A DNA stretch of 64,000 nucleotides from Candidatus Micrarchaeota archaeon. GTDB lineage: Archaea > Micrarchaeota > Micrarchaeia > Micrarchaeales > CABMGC01. Each line of letters starts with the position of its first letter. Position 1 is the stretch's first letter. The notes beneath the pieces are model-generated. The model was not told the DNA's origin, did no database searches, and saw nothing but the letters and a program-made list of their open reading frames with translations. Both the position numbers and the translations under genes were made by a program. The stretch is from assembly GCA_021818925.1 (NCBI GenBank), contig JAKASU010000001.1, forward strand, positions 68,036-132,035. The letters run 5' to 3'. Below are positions 8,268 through 18,183 of this stretch, piece after piece.

Positions 8268-8880
8268 TTTCCGCACTCTCAATCTTCTTCTTTACGTGCT
8301 TAAGCGCGGAGAAGGTGTCGCGCTCCATCTCTTCTAGCCTGAAGGAGATGTAGTCACGCTCCTTCTTCAGCTTAGGTAGAAGTATGTATTCCAGGGCGTT
8401 GACCCTTCTCTTCACCTTGTCTATCTCCAGAATCAGCCGCCTTAGGCTCTGCTCCCTCTTTGCCGTGTCTATTATAGTCTCCTTTACTCCGCTGAACGCA
8501 TCGCTGACGTCGCTTACAGCGGTGCTCGTCTGCAAAGTCCACAGCGCAGCGTGTTTTTCCTGCACGTCCTCTATCTCAGGTATCCTGACCCCCATCACGT
8601 TCTTTATGCCCACGTTTATGCCAGACGAATCCTTCATGTAGAGGCTCGCCTGCTCCAGTTCAAAATCGCCCACAAACGTAGAGGCGAGCACCGTGGTCTT
8701 GTACGCTGCTTGAAGCATCTCGTAAAGGCGCGAGCGGTCGCTGCTAGACTGCTTGAGCATACTAAAGAACTCTATTACAAGCGCCTCTCTCTTCTTCTTA
8801 AGTAGTGAGTGGCCTTTGCTGGCTAGCGTCATCTTCTTCCTGGTGTTTATCAGGTTCATCCTTGTAGGGTTCGTAGTCAC
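8245..8880 (-). CDS. atpD: A-type ATP synthase subunit D
   Basis: [22 protein letters not shown]-terminus. The GTG start overlaps the atpB stop (GTGA). Confidence 0.9.
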   Translation of the reverse strand: MTTNPTRMNLINTRKKMTLASKGHSLLKKKREALVIEFFSMLKQSSSDRSRLYEMLQAAYKTTVLASTFVGDFELEQASLYMKDSSGINVGIKNVMGVRIPEIEDVQEKHAALWTLQTSTAVSDVSDAFSGVKETIIDTAKREQSLRRLILEIDKVKRRVNALEYILLPKLKKERDYISFRLEEMERDTFSALKHVKKKIESAENEQRLPV

Positions 8881-10316
8881 TGTCTTACCCCCTTCTTCAT
8901 ATCCTTCTCTTTCTCCTTCTCCGCCTCAGCCTTGACCCTGTAATTGAGATGGCGCTTCTCTATGTGTTCTCTCTTTATTCTCGTGAGCTCCTTCTCAGGC
9001 AGCTCGGACAAGAGCTCCCAGCCGATGTCAAGCGTCTGCTCTATGGTCCTGTCATCGTAATCGCCCTGGGCTATGAACCTCTTCTCGAAATCGTCGCCGA
9101 ACTTGAGGTAGAGCTTGTCGCTCTCGCTCAGCGCCTCCACCCCTATTATCGCGCTCAGACTCCTAGACTCTTGCGCCCTCGCATACGCCCCGTAGAGTTG
9201 GTCAGCAACTCCCCTGTGGTCCTCCCTGGTCTTGCCCTCGCCTATCCCGTTGTTCATCAGCCTCGAAAGAGAGCCGAGCGGATTTATCGGAGGATAGATG
9301 CCCTTGTTGTTAAGCTCCCTGCTCAGGAAGATCTGGCCCTCAGTTATGTAGCCGGTAAGGTCCGGGATCGGATGGGTGATGTCGTCTCCGGGCATCGTGA
9401 TTATGTTCAGCTGCGTTATGCTGCCCTTCTTGCCCTCCACAATCCCGGCCCTCTCGTAGATGCTCGCGAGGTCAGTGTACATGTAACCGGGGTAGCCTCT
9501 CCTCCCAGGTACCTCCTCCCTTGCGCTGGCCATCTCGCGCAGGCTTTCGCAGTAGTTGGTCATGTCGGTGAGTATGACAAGCACGTGCATGCCCCTCTCG
9601 AAGGCAAGGAACTCCGCGGTTGTGAGCGCAAGCCTAGGAGTGAGTATTCGCTCTATGCTCGGATCATCGGCGAGGTTCATGAAAGCTGCAGTTCGCTTGA
9701 GCGCTCCTGTCTTCCTGAAGTTGTCTATGAAGAACGATGCGTCGTCGTATGTTATGCCTATCCCTCCGAAGACAACAGCGAAGCTCTCGCTCTTCCCAAG
9801 CACTTTCGCCTGTCTTGCGATCTGTGCCGCGAGCTGGTTGTGCGGAAGCCCCGAGCTCGAGAAGATGGGCAGCTTCTGCCCGCGCACCAGCGTCATGAGA
9901 CCGTCTATTGATGATACGCCTGTCTGTATGAAGTCGCTCGGCATGCGCCTCGCTACCGGGTTTATGGGCTCACCGTTTATATCCTTCTTCTTCTCCACGG
10001 CGTATGCGGCCTTCGTGTCCTTCGGTCTGCCCTGTCCGTCGAAGACCCTGCCAAGCATCTCCTCGCCCACGCCGAGCTTGAACGTCTCGCCGAGGAAGCT
10101 GACGCTAGTAGACTTTATGCTTATCCCGCTCGTGGGCCCAAAGACCTGTACGACAGCGAACTTGTCCGTGGTCTCTATCACCTGCCCAAGCCTCTCCTCG
10201 CCGTTTTCCAGCCTTATCTTCGTTATCTCTCCGTATCCGGCGTTCTTCACCGAGTTTATGACCATGAGCGGCCCCGAAACCTTGCCTATCGTCCTATACT
10301 CCGCCTCGAACTTCAT
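8877..10316 (-). CDS. atpB: A-type ATP synthase subunit B
   Basis: 479 aa with the typical regulatory-subunit sequence (GPLMVI..., [20 protein letters not shown]). Confidence 0.95.
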   Translation of the reverse strand: MKFEAEYRTIGKVSGPLMVINSVKNAGYGEITKIRLENGEERLGQVIETTDKFAVVQVFGPTSGISIKSTSVSFLGETFKLGVGEEMLGRVFDGQGRPKDTKAAYAVEKKKDINGEPINPVARRMPSDFIQTGVSSIDGLMTLVRGQKLPIFSSSGLPHNQLAAQIARQAKVLGKSESFAVVFGGIGITYDDASFFIDNFRKTGALKRTAAFMNLADDPSIERILTPRLALTTAEFLAFERGMHVLVILTDMTNYCESLREMASAREEVPGRRGYPGYMYTDLASIYERAGIVEGKKGSITQLNIITMPGDDITHPIPDLTGYITEGQIFLSRELNNKGIYPPINPLGSLSRLMNNGIGEGKTREDHRGVADQLYGAYARAQESRSLSAIIGVEALSESDKLYLKFGDDFEKRFIAQGDYDDRTIEQTLDIGWELLSELPEKELTRIKREHIEKRHLNYRVKAEAEKEKEKDMKKGVRQ

Positions 10317-12097
10317 CAGCTTTTCACCCCTTCTTCCTCAATCCCGTGCTCTGCCACGAGCTTCTTGAACTGCGAATCCGTCTCCGAGATTATCTTCTTG
10401 CCCTCGGCCTCTACTGCTTCCTCCTTCAGTTCCTTCATCCTCGCTATCTTCTTCACCACGTCAAGCGCCATTATCATGTCTGTGCCCACGCCCTTTCCCG
10501 CAGCCTCCTGCGCCTTCTCCCCGAAGTGCAGCATGGCGTTCATCATGAGGTCCTGCTTCTTCAGGCTCGTGTACGCGTCAACTTCGTCGTATGCGTTCTG
10601 CCTCAGGAAGTTCTCCCTTATCAGCCTGCCGACCTCTAGCAGCACGCGCCCAGTGTCGGGCAGCGCGTCCTCCCCAACGAGCTGCACTATGTCCTTCAGT
10701 TCGGCCTCGCGCTGCAGCAGCTTCATGGCGCTAGCCCTGTCAACCTCGAATCTCTCTCCGATGTTCTCGTCGTACCATTTCTTCAGCGCGCCAAGATAGA
10801 GCGAGTAGCTGTTCAGCCAGTTTATAGATGGGAAGTGCCTGGAACTAGCGAGCGCTGCATCGAGCGACCAGAAGGTCTTCACGACCCTGAGCGTCCCTTG
10901 CGATACCGGCTCTGAGAGATCGCCTCCTGGAGGCGATACCGCGCCTATCACGCTCACAGAGCCGATGCTTCCTCCCAGCGTCTCGACCCTGCCCGCACGC
11001 TCGTAGAAATCCGCTATTCTCTTTGGTAGGTACGACGGATAGCCCTCTTCTCCAGGCATCTCCTCAAGCCTCGTCGATATCTCCCGCATCGCCTCGGCCC
11101 ATCTCGAAGTCGAGTCGGCCATCAGCGCGACGTCGTAACCCATGTCTCTGAAGTATTCGGCTATCGTTATGCCAGTGTAGATGCTTGCCTCCCTCGCGGC
11201 CACGGGCATGTTGCTAGTGTTCGCAATAAGCACAGTCCTCTCCATCAGCGGCTTTCCTGTTTTTGGGTCCTTCAACTCGGGGAATTCTGTTAGCACCTCC
11301 GTCATCTCATTCCCACGCTCTCCGCAGCCCACGTATATGACTATGCTGGCATCGGAGTACTTGGCCAATTGGTGAAGGCTTACGGTTTTTCCGGCCCCGA
11401 AAGGCCCCGGTATGCCTGCCGTTCCGCCCTTCGCAACCGGGAACAGAGTGTCGATTACCCTCTGGCCGGTAATCAGCGGCACCTCAGCCGCGATCTTGCT
11501 CTTGAACCTCGAGCCCTGCCTGACCGGCCTGGTCTGCACCATGCTTATCTTCACAAGCCTGCCGCCGCTCTTCACCGCCGCAACAGTGTCGTCTACGCTG
11601 AACCTGCCTGACTTGATGCTCTGCACTGTGCCGCTCACTCCGGCGGGCACCATTATGTAGTGCTTTATCAGCCCCGTCTCGTCCACGTAGCCGAGTACCG
11701 AGCCTTCGCCGACATGAGAGCCCCTCTTGATCTTCTTGTCTGCGTGGAACTCCCACTTCTTTTTCCTGTCTATCGCCTCGACGTCGCTTCCCCTCTTGAT
11801 GAACGTGCCTGACTTGGCCTTTATTGCGGTGAGCGGCCTCTGCACCCCGTCGAAGATCTGCGAGAGTATGCCAGGGCCGAGCTCTACAGAGAGCGGCTTG
11901 CCGGTAGACACTACCTTCTCCCCCGGCCTGAGGCCGCTGGTGTCCTCATACACCTGGATTATCGCCTTCTCGCCCTCCAGCTTGATTATCTCGCCTATTA
12001 GCTTGCCGGTTCCGACGCGCACGACGTCGTACATGCTGGCTCCGAACATATCGTTCGCGACCACAAGCGGACCTGAGATCCTTTCTATCGAGCCCAA
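10316..12097 (-). CDS. atpA: A-type ATP synthase catalytic subunit A
   Basis: 593 aa with Walker [10 protein letters not shown]. The length is normal, so there is no intein. TTG start. Confidence 0.95.
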   Translation of the reverse strand: MGSIERISGPLVVANDMFGASMYDVVRVGTGKLIGEIIKLEGEKAIIQVYEDTSGLRPGEKVVSTGKPLSVELGPGILSQIFDGVQRPLTAIKAKSGTFIKRGSDVEAIDRKKKWEFHADKKIKRGSHVGEGSVLGYVDETGLIKHYIMVPAGVSGTVQSIKSGRFSVDDTVAAVKSGGRLVKISMVQTRPVRQGSRFKSKIAAEVPLITGQRVIDTLFPVAKGGTAGIPGPFGAGKTVSLHQLAKYSDASIVIYVGCGERGNEMTEVLTEFPELKDPKTGKPLMERTVLIANTSNMPVAAREASIYTGITIAEYFRDMGYDVALMADSTSRWAEAMREISTRLEEMPGEEGYPSYLPKRIADFYERAGRVETLGGSIGSVSVIGAVSPPGGDLSEPVSQGTLRVVKTFWSLDAALASSRHFPSINWLNSYSLYLGALKKWYDENIGERFEVDRASAMKLLQREAELKDIVQLVGEDALPDTGRVLLEVGRLIRENFLRQNAYDEVDAYTSLKKQDLMMNAMLHFGEKAQEAAGKGVGTDMIMALDVVKKIARMKELKEEAVEAEGKKIISETDSQFKKLVAEHGIEEEGVKS

Positions 12098-12105
12098 ACC
12101 ATCAC

Positions 12106-12453
12106 CTACTTCTTCTCCCCCATTATGTCTATGCCCACGGCCCTAAGTATGAGCCTGCGCAGCGTGCCCTCGCCTACCTGCTTCTCATTGTATCCCGCTA
12201 CAGATATGACCAGCGGGTCTATCGAGTTCTCCATCTTGTATCTCACTCTCCTGTCCTTTATCGAGCCCGCGAGGCCCTCGGTGATGACTATCACACCCAC
12301 GTCGTTCCTCTCGAAGAGCGAACGAAGGAGCTTCTCCGCATCCTCCGGCCCTTCAGCAGTGTAGCTTTCCTTCACGCCTGCGAGCTTCATTCCGAGCGGC
12401 AGCACCTCTCCGCCTATAACTACTATCTTCTTCTTGTTCATCACTTTAACCAC
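12106..12453 (-). CDS. atpF: A-type ATP synthase subunit F
   Basis: 115 aa with KIVVIGGEVLPLGMKLAGV, in the canonical operon position. Confidence 0.85.
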   Translation of the reverse strand: MVKVMNKKKIVVIGGEVLPLGMKLAGVKESYTAEGPEDAEKLLRSLFERNDVGVIVITEGLAGSIKDRRVRYKMENSIDPLVISVAGYNEKQVGEGTLRRLILRAVGIDIMGEKK

Positions 12454-13505
12454 GATATCATTCCCCTGATCTCATCGTTGCTGAGACCATAGCCCTTGCC
12501 CTTCATGAGCACCCGGAGCGTGAACACCTCTATCTCCTTGAGGTATAGGAACGCGATAAGCACACCGAACGAGAGGACGCTGTGCCTGACCCCTCGCAGC
12601 GCGCTCGCGAAAACCTCGTTCATAATCGCTATCTCAAAGATCAGGAGCGGCTTTGTCTTACTCTCCCTGTACTCCTCAACCGCCTTCTTCAGGTTGAAGA
12701 TTTTCACGTTCTCCGCAAGCGACTCGGGTGTCCTGCCGGTCCTGAAGAGCGCCTCAAGCTTTATCGAATCCAAGCTGCCGTTCTGAAACAGATAGTTTGA
12801 GACGTGCGCAAAATCGCTTCCGTGCTTCTTCGCCTCTAGAAGCGTGAGTATGTTTCTCATGTCTATCCTTTTCCTTATCAAGGCCGCGGCCTCAGGGTCT
12901 ATCATTGCAAGCCTTCCTATCGTTGCTCCCAGGCGCACGTAGTAAGCGCGCTCAAGCGCTCCGCTCGCCTCGGCAGCGCTGCCCGTTTTCTTGTAGGTAT
13001 CCATCGCCTGTTTTATCTGTGCAGAGTAGGGGGTCTTGAGCATAAGCTTCTCCAGCACGCCCTCGACATTTTTTGAGGCCATCGCCTCCTTTATCGTCTC
13101 AGGACGTGCGTACTGTGATTCTATCAAGTATCTCGAGATGTCGCTGAAGTCCTTCCCGGTGGAGGCGGCTTCAAGCGCAATCTTGATGTTGCCTATGTCC
13201 CAGATCCCGGCTACTGCTACTATCAGCGATCTCTGGTCCTTCGGCGCGATGGATATGAGCTTGCTTGTCTCCCTGCCTTGGTTGCTGCTCAGCGCAAAGT
13301 CGATCAGTGTGTCCATCGCCTTGACACCGCCCAGCTTTTCTACGTCGGCCTTGTAATCGGTCTGAAGAAGCATTGCCGCTATGCTTTCCGGCTCCTTTGC
13401 CGCGAGCATCCTCTCGAGCGCGTCCTTGCGTATCAGTTTCGACTCCATCGCCTTCACTCGCGTGTTAGAGTATGCGTATTTCATAGCAGATCCGAGTCCC
13501 GCCAT
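12441..13505 (-). CDS. atpC: A-type ATP synthase subunit C (V-type d homolog)
   Basis: 354 aa. Called from its operon position between E and F and from the YSNTRVKAMESKL N-terminus. Confidence 0.85.
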   Translation of the reverse strand: MAGLGSAMKYAYSNTRVKAMESKLIRKDALERMLAAKEPESIAAMLLQTDYKADVEKLGGVKAMDTLIDFALSSNQGRETSKLISIAPKDQRSLIVAVAGIWDIGNIKIALEAASTGKDFSDISRYLIESQYARPETIKEAMASKNVEGVLEKLMLKTPYSAQIKQAMDTYKKTGSAAEASGALERAYYVRLGATIGRLAMIDPEAAALIRKRIDMRNILTLLEAKKHGSDFAHVSNYLFQNGSLDSIKLEALFRTGRTPESLAENVKIFNLKKAVEEYRESKTKPLLIFEIAIMNEVFASALRGVRHSVLSFGVLIAFLYLKEIEVFTLRVLMKGKGYGLSNDEIRGMISWLK

Positions 13506-14141
13506 CTATCTCCTCCTTTTTCTTGCCTTCGCCTTGGCGCTCTTCACCGTCACGCGCCGCGTTTTTGGCGTGCTACGCTTCTGGCTGAACGCCTCTTCTA
13601 TCAGCATGGTCTCGATTTCAGGCCTGTTCTTCTCGAATAGGCCCTCTACCGTTGCCGTTATCTTCACTGTGCCGGACCTGTTCGCCAGCACAACCCCGTT
13701 ACCAACGCTTTCGTACCTTATCCTTCCGGAGAATCCCTTCACCAGTTTCGCATCGTTCCTGCTTATGCTCAGTGTGAGCGCTTCGCTTGGGCTGACCATG
13801 TTGGCCTCGCTGATCGCACTGTTTATCATCTTTTCGTAGCCCAGCTTCTTCACCCTCTTCACCGTCATGCCCCTAAGCCTGTGCATGACCTTCTCTATCG
13901 CCTTGTTGCGGGCGTCAAGCAGCAGCTCATTTTCCTGCATCTTTGCGTTCTCCGTCTCCTCCTGCGCCATTCTCTCGATCTCCCTGTTGGCCTCCGCATC
14001 GGCAGCGCTTGATATCTGTGAGGCTTTCGCCTCCGCCTCCTTGATTATCGCCTCGGCCTTCCTTCTGCCCTCCTCCTCTATCTCGTGCGCCTTCCGCTCG
14101 CCCTCCTCCACTATCCTCTTCTCCAGTTTCTCCAGAGGCAT
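13506..14141 (-). CDS. atpE: A-type ATP synthase subunit E (with a K/R-rich C-terminal tail)
   Basis: 211 aa with a charged coiled-coil N-terminus, in the expected operon position. The tail reads KRSTPKTRRVTVKSAKAKARKRRR. Confidence 0.85.
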   Translation of the reverse strand: MPLEKLEKRIVEEGERKAHEIEEEGRRKAEAIIKEAEAKASQISSAADAEANREIERMAQEETENAKMQENELLLDARNKAIEKVMHRLRGMTVKRVKKLGYEKMINSAISEANMVSPSEALTLSISRNDAKLVKGFSGRIRYESVGNGVVLANRSGTVKITATVEGLFEKNRPEIETMLIEEAFSQKRSTPKTRRVTVKSAKAKARKRRR

Positions 14142-14148
14142 CTTACAC

Positions 14149-14391
14149 CTATATGATTCCAGCGGACAGCATGATCAGTATCGCTATGACGAAACCGAAG
14201 ATGAGCAGCGTTTCAGGGAGCACAAGGAAGAGAAGCGCCATTCCGAGCTGGTCAGGCTTCTCGGCTATAAGCCCGAGTCCCGCGGCGCCGATCGCGGACT
14301 GGGCGATTCCCGTACCTACGGCCCCTCCTAGTATCGCCACTCCGGCACCAACAGCAGCTATCGCAGTGTCTATTCCTATCGTCATAATCAA
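14149..14391 (-). CDS. atpK: A-type ATP synthase proteolipid subunit K (c)
   Basis: 80 aa forming two TM helices, with the conserved Glu in VLPETLLIFG. Confidence 0.9.
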   Translation of the reverse strand: MIMTIGIDTAIAAVGAGVAILGGAVGTGIAQSAIGAAGLGLIAEKPDQLGMALLFLVLPETLLIFGFVIAILIMLSAGII

Positions 14392-16286
14392 GCCTCTTTA
14401 GTATAACGCCTTCTGTAAAAGAAGGGTTTGAACTTCACTCCTCCACCTGTGTAGAACTTCGAGAAGAACTCAACGAAATTGAGCCTCGCTCCCTGCACCA
14501 GCCCCTCGAATATTCCCAGGATCATATTCACGAAATGCAGCAATATAAAGATTACCGACGTCAACAGGAAGGGAAGTACGCCTGCGGCGAGAGACGGCGC
14601 GAACGTCCTGTCTATAAGCAGCGCCAATATGACGCTCGCCAGCCCGAATCCCATTATCCTCGCGTAGCTCAACGGATGCGATATGAGACTCACGACCTCG
14701 GTGGCCTCGATTCCGCTCAGGGCCATCGTCGCCACCACCGATGCAATCCCTATGCCCGCCGCTATCTCGGTTACTGTCCCGTTGAAAAGTCCGAAGAGCG
14801 CGCCGCTTACCGCTATTGTGCCTGTGATTATTGCCAGAATGGAGAATAGCTTCGCCACAGCCAGTTTCCCGTGACCGTGCTCCCTGCTGTTTACGAACCC
14901 GAAGAGCAACCCAACGATAACCTGCGCTATCCCGAACAGCACGGTTACCGCAAGCACCAGCGGCGTATCACTGAGCCAGCTGAAGCCCTGGAACCAAGGG
15001 ATGAAGTACTGGTTCAGAGCGAAGCCGAAGTACTGGTTTGAGAGGAACCCAAACACTATTATTGACACGGAGCAGATCTGCCACACCTTCGCAACGTTGT
15101 ACATGAGGCCGTCAGGGTCCGATTTTCTGGCTATCAGCCACGCGAGGATGAACGAGGCGATGCCGTAGCCCACATCCGATACCATCAAACCGTAGAATAT
15201 CGGGAACGACACAATGAAGATCCAAGTGGGGTCCAGCTCATCGCTCCTCGGCAGCGAGAAGAACTCTATAAGGTTGTCGAAGGGCTTGAAGAACTTAGGT
15301 CGTGATATGGAAGTGGGAGCCAATTCGCCGTCTGCAATTTCCTCCACTGCGAAATGTCCATCAGTGAGCTGTGAAAGCTTCGCATACACCTCATGCAGCT
15401 TCTTCTTCTCCACCCAGCCCTCAACAACGAAAGACGATTCTGTCCTCTTGAAGCTAAGGCTTACGCTTGCCCTTTCGGACTCGACAGAAAGCATCTCCAG
15501 CAAGCTTGCTATGCGATCGTAGTCCCTTGACGCGTACTCGCCGAGCCTGACCATGACGTTTCCAAGCTCGCGGACGTCATCCTTTCGCATTTTCGCGAGC
15601 TCCGCAATCACGCGCTCTGGCGTAGAATCAAATCTTTCGCTCGAGATGTCCAGCTCCCTGACTCCTGTCAGGTGGGAAAACTCTTCTACTGCGGCTCCGT
15701 TCTCTTTTTCATATGCGACAAAAACGACCCTGCCCGTCTTGACCCTGTTTTCTATGACTTCAGACTCGTGTCGCAGCGAGGACAGGTGCCTGTGCGCCTT
15801 CCTGTAAGCCTTTTCGCCAAGAATGTACGCAGAGAATCCCAGAGCGCCGCTCCTGAGCCGCGAGAAGTCAATTCCTGAGCCGAGAAACAACGAGATGATT
15901 CTTGTTTCAGAATCAATCCTTGCGACGTCAGCTTCTATCGCAGTCTTCCTCTCGTCAAGTGCCATCACGTCCGAAACAGGTTTGAAGCCTGCGGTCTTTT
16001 TCAGCAGAGCAGAGAGACGCGGCTGTCTCTCAATTGCGCGGTGTTTTTTACGCTCTTCCCTTTTCCTGTACTTCGCAAGTATCGACAGTGCCGAATTGTA
16101 TCTCACCACCAGCTCCGAAATGCCCGGTAGCGATTCCGCAGGCTTGTCGTCCTCGATCTCCAGCGAGCTCTTCCTGATGTCAATGACTCCCAGCCTGTGC
16201 AGCTCCGCGATTATGCTTGCTTTCTGTTCCTGCAGTCCTACGATCCTGATCTTCTGCATTCTTTCTGTGCGGAACAGCCTAATCAC
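14388..16286 (-). CDS. atpI: A-type ATP synthase subunit I (a)
   Basis: 632 aa with a soluble N-terminal half and a polytopic C-terminal half. Confidence 0.9.
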   Translation of the reverse strand: MIRLFRTERMQKIRIVGLQEQKASIIAELHRLGVIDIRKSSLEIEDDKPAESLPGISELVVRYNSALSILAKYRKREERKKHRAIERQPRLSALLKKTAGFKPVSDVMALDERKTAIEADVARIDSETRIISLFLGSGIDFSRLRSGALGFSAYILGEKAYRKAHRHLSSLRHESEVIENRVKTGRVVFVAYEKENGAAVEEFSHLTGVRELDISSERFDSTPERVIAELAKMRKDDVRELGNVMVRLGEYASRDYDRIASLLEMLSVESERASVSLSFKRTESSFVVEGWVEKKKLHEVYAKLSQLTDGHFAVEEIADGELAPTSISRPKFFKPFDNLIEFFSLPRSDELDPTWIFIVSFPIFYGLMVSDVGYGIASFILAWLIARKSDPDGLMYNVAKVWQICSVSIIVFGFLSNQYFGFALNQYFIPWFQGFSWLSDTPLVLAVTVLFGIAQVIVGLLFGFVNSREHGHGKLAVAKLFSILAIITGTIAVSGALFGLFNGTVTEIAAGIGIASVVATMALSGIEATEVVSLISHPLSYARIMGFGLASVILALLIDRTFAPSLAAGVLPFLLTSVIFILLHFVNMILGIFEGLVQGARLNFVEFFSKFYTGGGVKFKPFFYRRRYTKEA

Positions 16287-16605
16287 CGAGAATCAGCTCA
16301 GCTGCTTTTTGCGAAACCTTGTTTAGCACCCGTATGCTTATCCTTGAGTTTGCAACCTTCGCCGCGGCCTTTCGCGCCTCTTCCAGTCTCTTGTGCAGCA
16401 ACTCCGCAAGCGCTTTGCTCTGCTTATCTATCTTCTCCGCTTTGGATTTCTCCGAAGCCTCTACAGCATCCTTGATTATTTTCTGCGCCTTGGCATTCGC
16501 GTCCTCCGTGATGCGAGCGGCCCTGACGTTGGCATTTTCCAAAGCCTGCCTGGCTGCCGCTTCGGCTCTCTCTACTCTTTCTATGGCCTCCATCCCTGAA
16601 TTCAT
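16279..16605 (-). CDS. atpH: A-type ATP synthase subunit H
   Basis: 108-aa Ala/Glu/Lys-rich coiled coil, first gene of the operon. Confidence 0.8.
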   Translation of the reverse strand: MNSGMEAIERVERAEAAARQALENANVRAARITEDANAKAQKIIKDAVEASEKSKAEKIDKQSKALAELLHKRLEEARKAAAKVANSRISIRVLNKVSQKAAELILGD

Positions 16606-16636
16606 CTTCTCCCAACCGAACGTGGTTAATTCAAAC

Positions 16637-17287
16637 TCAATTCTTATTAGGCTTTACGTCGCTGCTCGGGCAGATGTCTTTGAGCACGCACCTGACGCAT
16701 TCCTTGTTCCTCGCCTTGCAGGTGTCCCTGCCCAGCTCTATGAACGTGTTCGACACGCGCCCCCAGTCCTTCCTCCGGTATATCTTCAGCAGCGCCTTCT
16801 CGATCTTGTAGGGGTCCTTGCTCCTGGAGAAGCCCATGCGCCTTGCGACCCGTCCGGCGTGCGTGTCTACCGCTATGCCTTCGTCTATTCCGTAGCCCTC
16901 GTTAAGGACAACGTTCGCCACCTTCCTGCCCACCCCGGGCAGCTCCATCAGTTCATCCAAGGTTCTAGGCACCCTGCCGTGGAACCTTTCGACTATCATC
17001 TTTGCCGATTCTCTGAGATGTTTGGCCTTGGTCTTGTAGTAGTTCATGCCCCTGAGGTACCTTCTCAGCGTCTTCGGATCCGAGTCTGCGTAATCGCCGA
17101 ACGTCCTGAATCTCCTGAAGAGCCTCTCCGTGGTCCTGTTGGTCTGCGCGTCAGTGGACTGCGGGGAGAGAAGCACGGCGACGAAGAGATGGGTCATGTT
17201 CCTGTGCCTGAGCTGCGTGTGTATGTTGTATCCGTACCTCCTTGACAGCCTCCTGAGAACAAGCTGCGCGTACTCCCTGCTGGGCAT
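16637..17287 (-). CDS. nth: Endonuclease III (DNA glycosylase/AP lyase)
   Basis: HhH motif LPGVGRKVANVVL and a C-x6-C-x2-C-x5-C Fe-S cluster loop. The ATG at 17287 was chosen because the longer ORF to 17572 would overlap the Memo gene. Confidence 0.9.
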   Translation of the reverse strand: MPSREYAQLVLRRLSRRYGYNIHTQLRHRNMTHLFVAVLLSPQSTDAQTNRTTERLFRRFRTFGDYADSDPKTLRRYLRGMNYYKTKAKHLRESAKMIVERFHGRVPRTLDELMELPGVGRKVANVVLNEGYGIDEGIAVDTHAGRVARRMGFSRSKDPYKIEKALLKIYRRKDWGRVSNTFIELGRDTCKARNKECVRCVLKDICPSSDVKPNKN

Positions 17288-17329
17288 ACTCTCATAAAGC
17301 AAATTCTTCCAAATAATAAAAGGGTTTGC

Positions 17330-18151
17330 GTGACAAGGAAACCAACGGCCGCAGGAACATTCTACCCAGCGGATCCCCAGCAGCTTCAGTCGATGATGCA
17401 GAAACAGCTGCTGAAAGCGGATGTCGGGGCCCTTTCCGAGTGCAAGGCCTACGTAGCTCCCCATGCCGGCTACCAGTACTCCGGCCAGATCGCTGCGAAC
17501 ACCTATGCGGCGATGCAGCAGGCGTACGCAAAGAAGAACTTCGAGACAATAGTGATAATCGGACCCAATCATACTGGCTACGGCAGGCCCATAGCGGTCT
17601 CATTCGAGGACTGGCAGACCCCGTTGGGCGTGGTGAAGAACGACAGGGAGCTCTCGCAGGCGATAGCCGACATGCCCGACATGTACTCAGATGAGATAGC
17701 GCACGCGTTCGAGCATTCGATAGAGGTGCAGCTTCCATTCCTGCAGAAATGCGGCATAGAGGCTAGCTGCGTCTTCATCTGCATGGGAGACCAGTCGTAT
17801 GAGGCGTGCATAGCCCTGAGCAACGCCATAGTGATGGCAGCGAAGGCGAAGAAGAGGAAGATAACCATACTGGCTAGCTCTGATTTCAACCACTACGAAG
17901 CTGCTTCGGTGGCGAAGAAGAAGGATGTGCCCGCCATAGACGCCGCGCTGCAGCTTGACGCCGAAAAGTTTCACGATCTGATACACAAGAACAACGACAG
18001 CGCCTGCGGCTACGGCCCGATAACTGTTGCGACGATGTTCGCGAGAAGGAGCGGCGCGAAGTCCGGCATGCTGCTGAAGTACGCGACCTCCGGGGACTTC
18101 ACGAACGACTACAATTCGGTCGTCGCCTACGCGAGCATAGTCTTCGCATAA
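17330..18151 (+). CDS. MEMO1-family protein (AmmeMemoRadiSam system protein B)
   Basis: AGTFYP and APHAGYQYSG motifs. GTG start. Confidence 0.85.
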   Translation: MTRKPTAAGTFYPADPQQLQSMMQKQLLKADVGALSECKAYVAPHAGYQYSGQIAANTYAAMQQAYAKKNFETIVIIGPNHTGYGRPIAVSFEDWQTPLGVVKNDRELSQAIADMPDMYSDEIAHAFEHSIEVQLPFLQKCGIEASCVFICMGDQSYEACIALSNAIVMAAKAKKRKITILASSDFNHYEAASVAKKKDVPAIDAALQLDAEKFHDLIHKNNDSACGYGPITVATMFARRSGAKSGMLLKYATSGDFTNDYNSVVAYASIVFA

Positions 18152-18183
18152 ATACGTTTAAAAGTAGCAGTATCCTATTATCG

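Noticed and set aside
8949-10368. Plus-strand ORFs of 320 aa and 270 aa inside atpB/atpA
   Set aside because: They are antisense to highly conserved ATP synthase subunits. Long antisense ORFs are expected with this codon bias (few antisense stops).
10316-12097. Possible intein in atpA, and likewise in lig, hel308 and thrS
   Set aside because: The protein lengths are normal and the motifs are contiguous. I saw no intein block sequences.
16319-17245. 308-aa plus-strand ORF
   Set aside because: It is antisense to atpH and nth, both of which have clear motifs. Its sequence is Ser/Ala/Leu/Pro low complexity.
17288-17572. N-terminal 95-codon extension of the nth ORF
   Set aside because: The extension would overlap the Memo gene on the opposite strand and has no similarity to endonuclease III. 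The ATG at 17287 gives a normal-length Nth.
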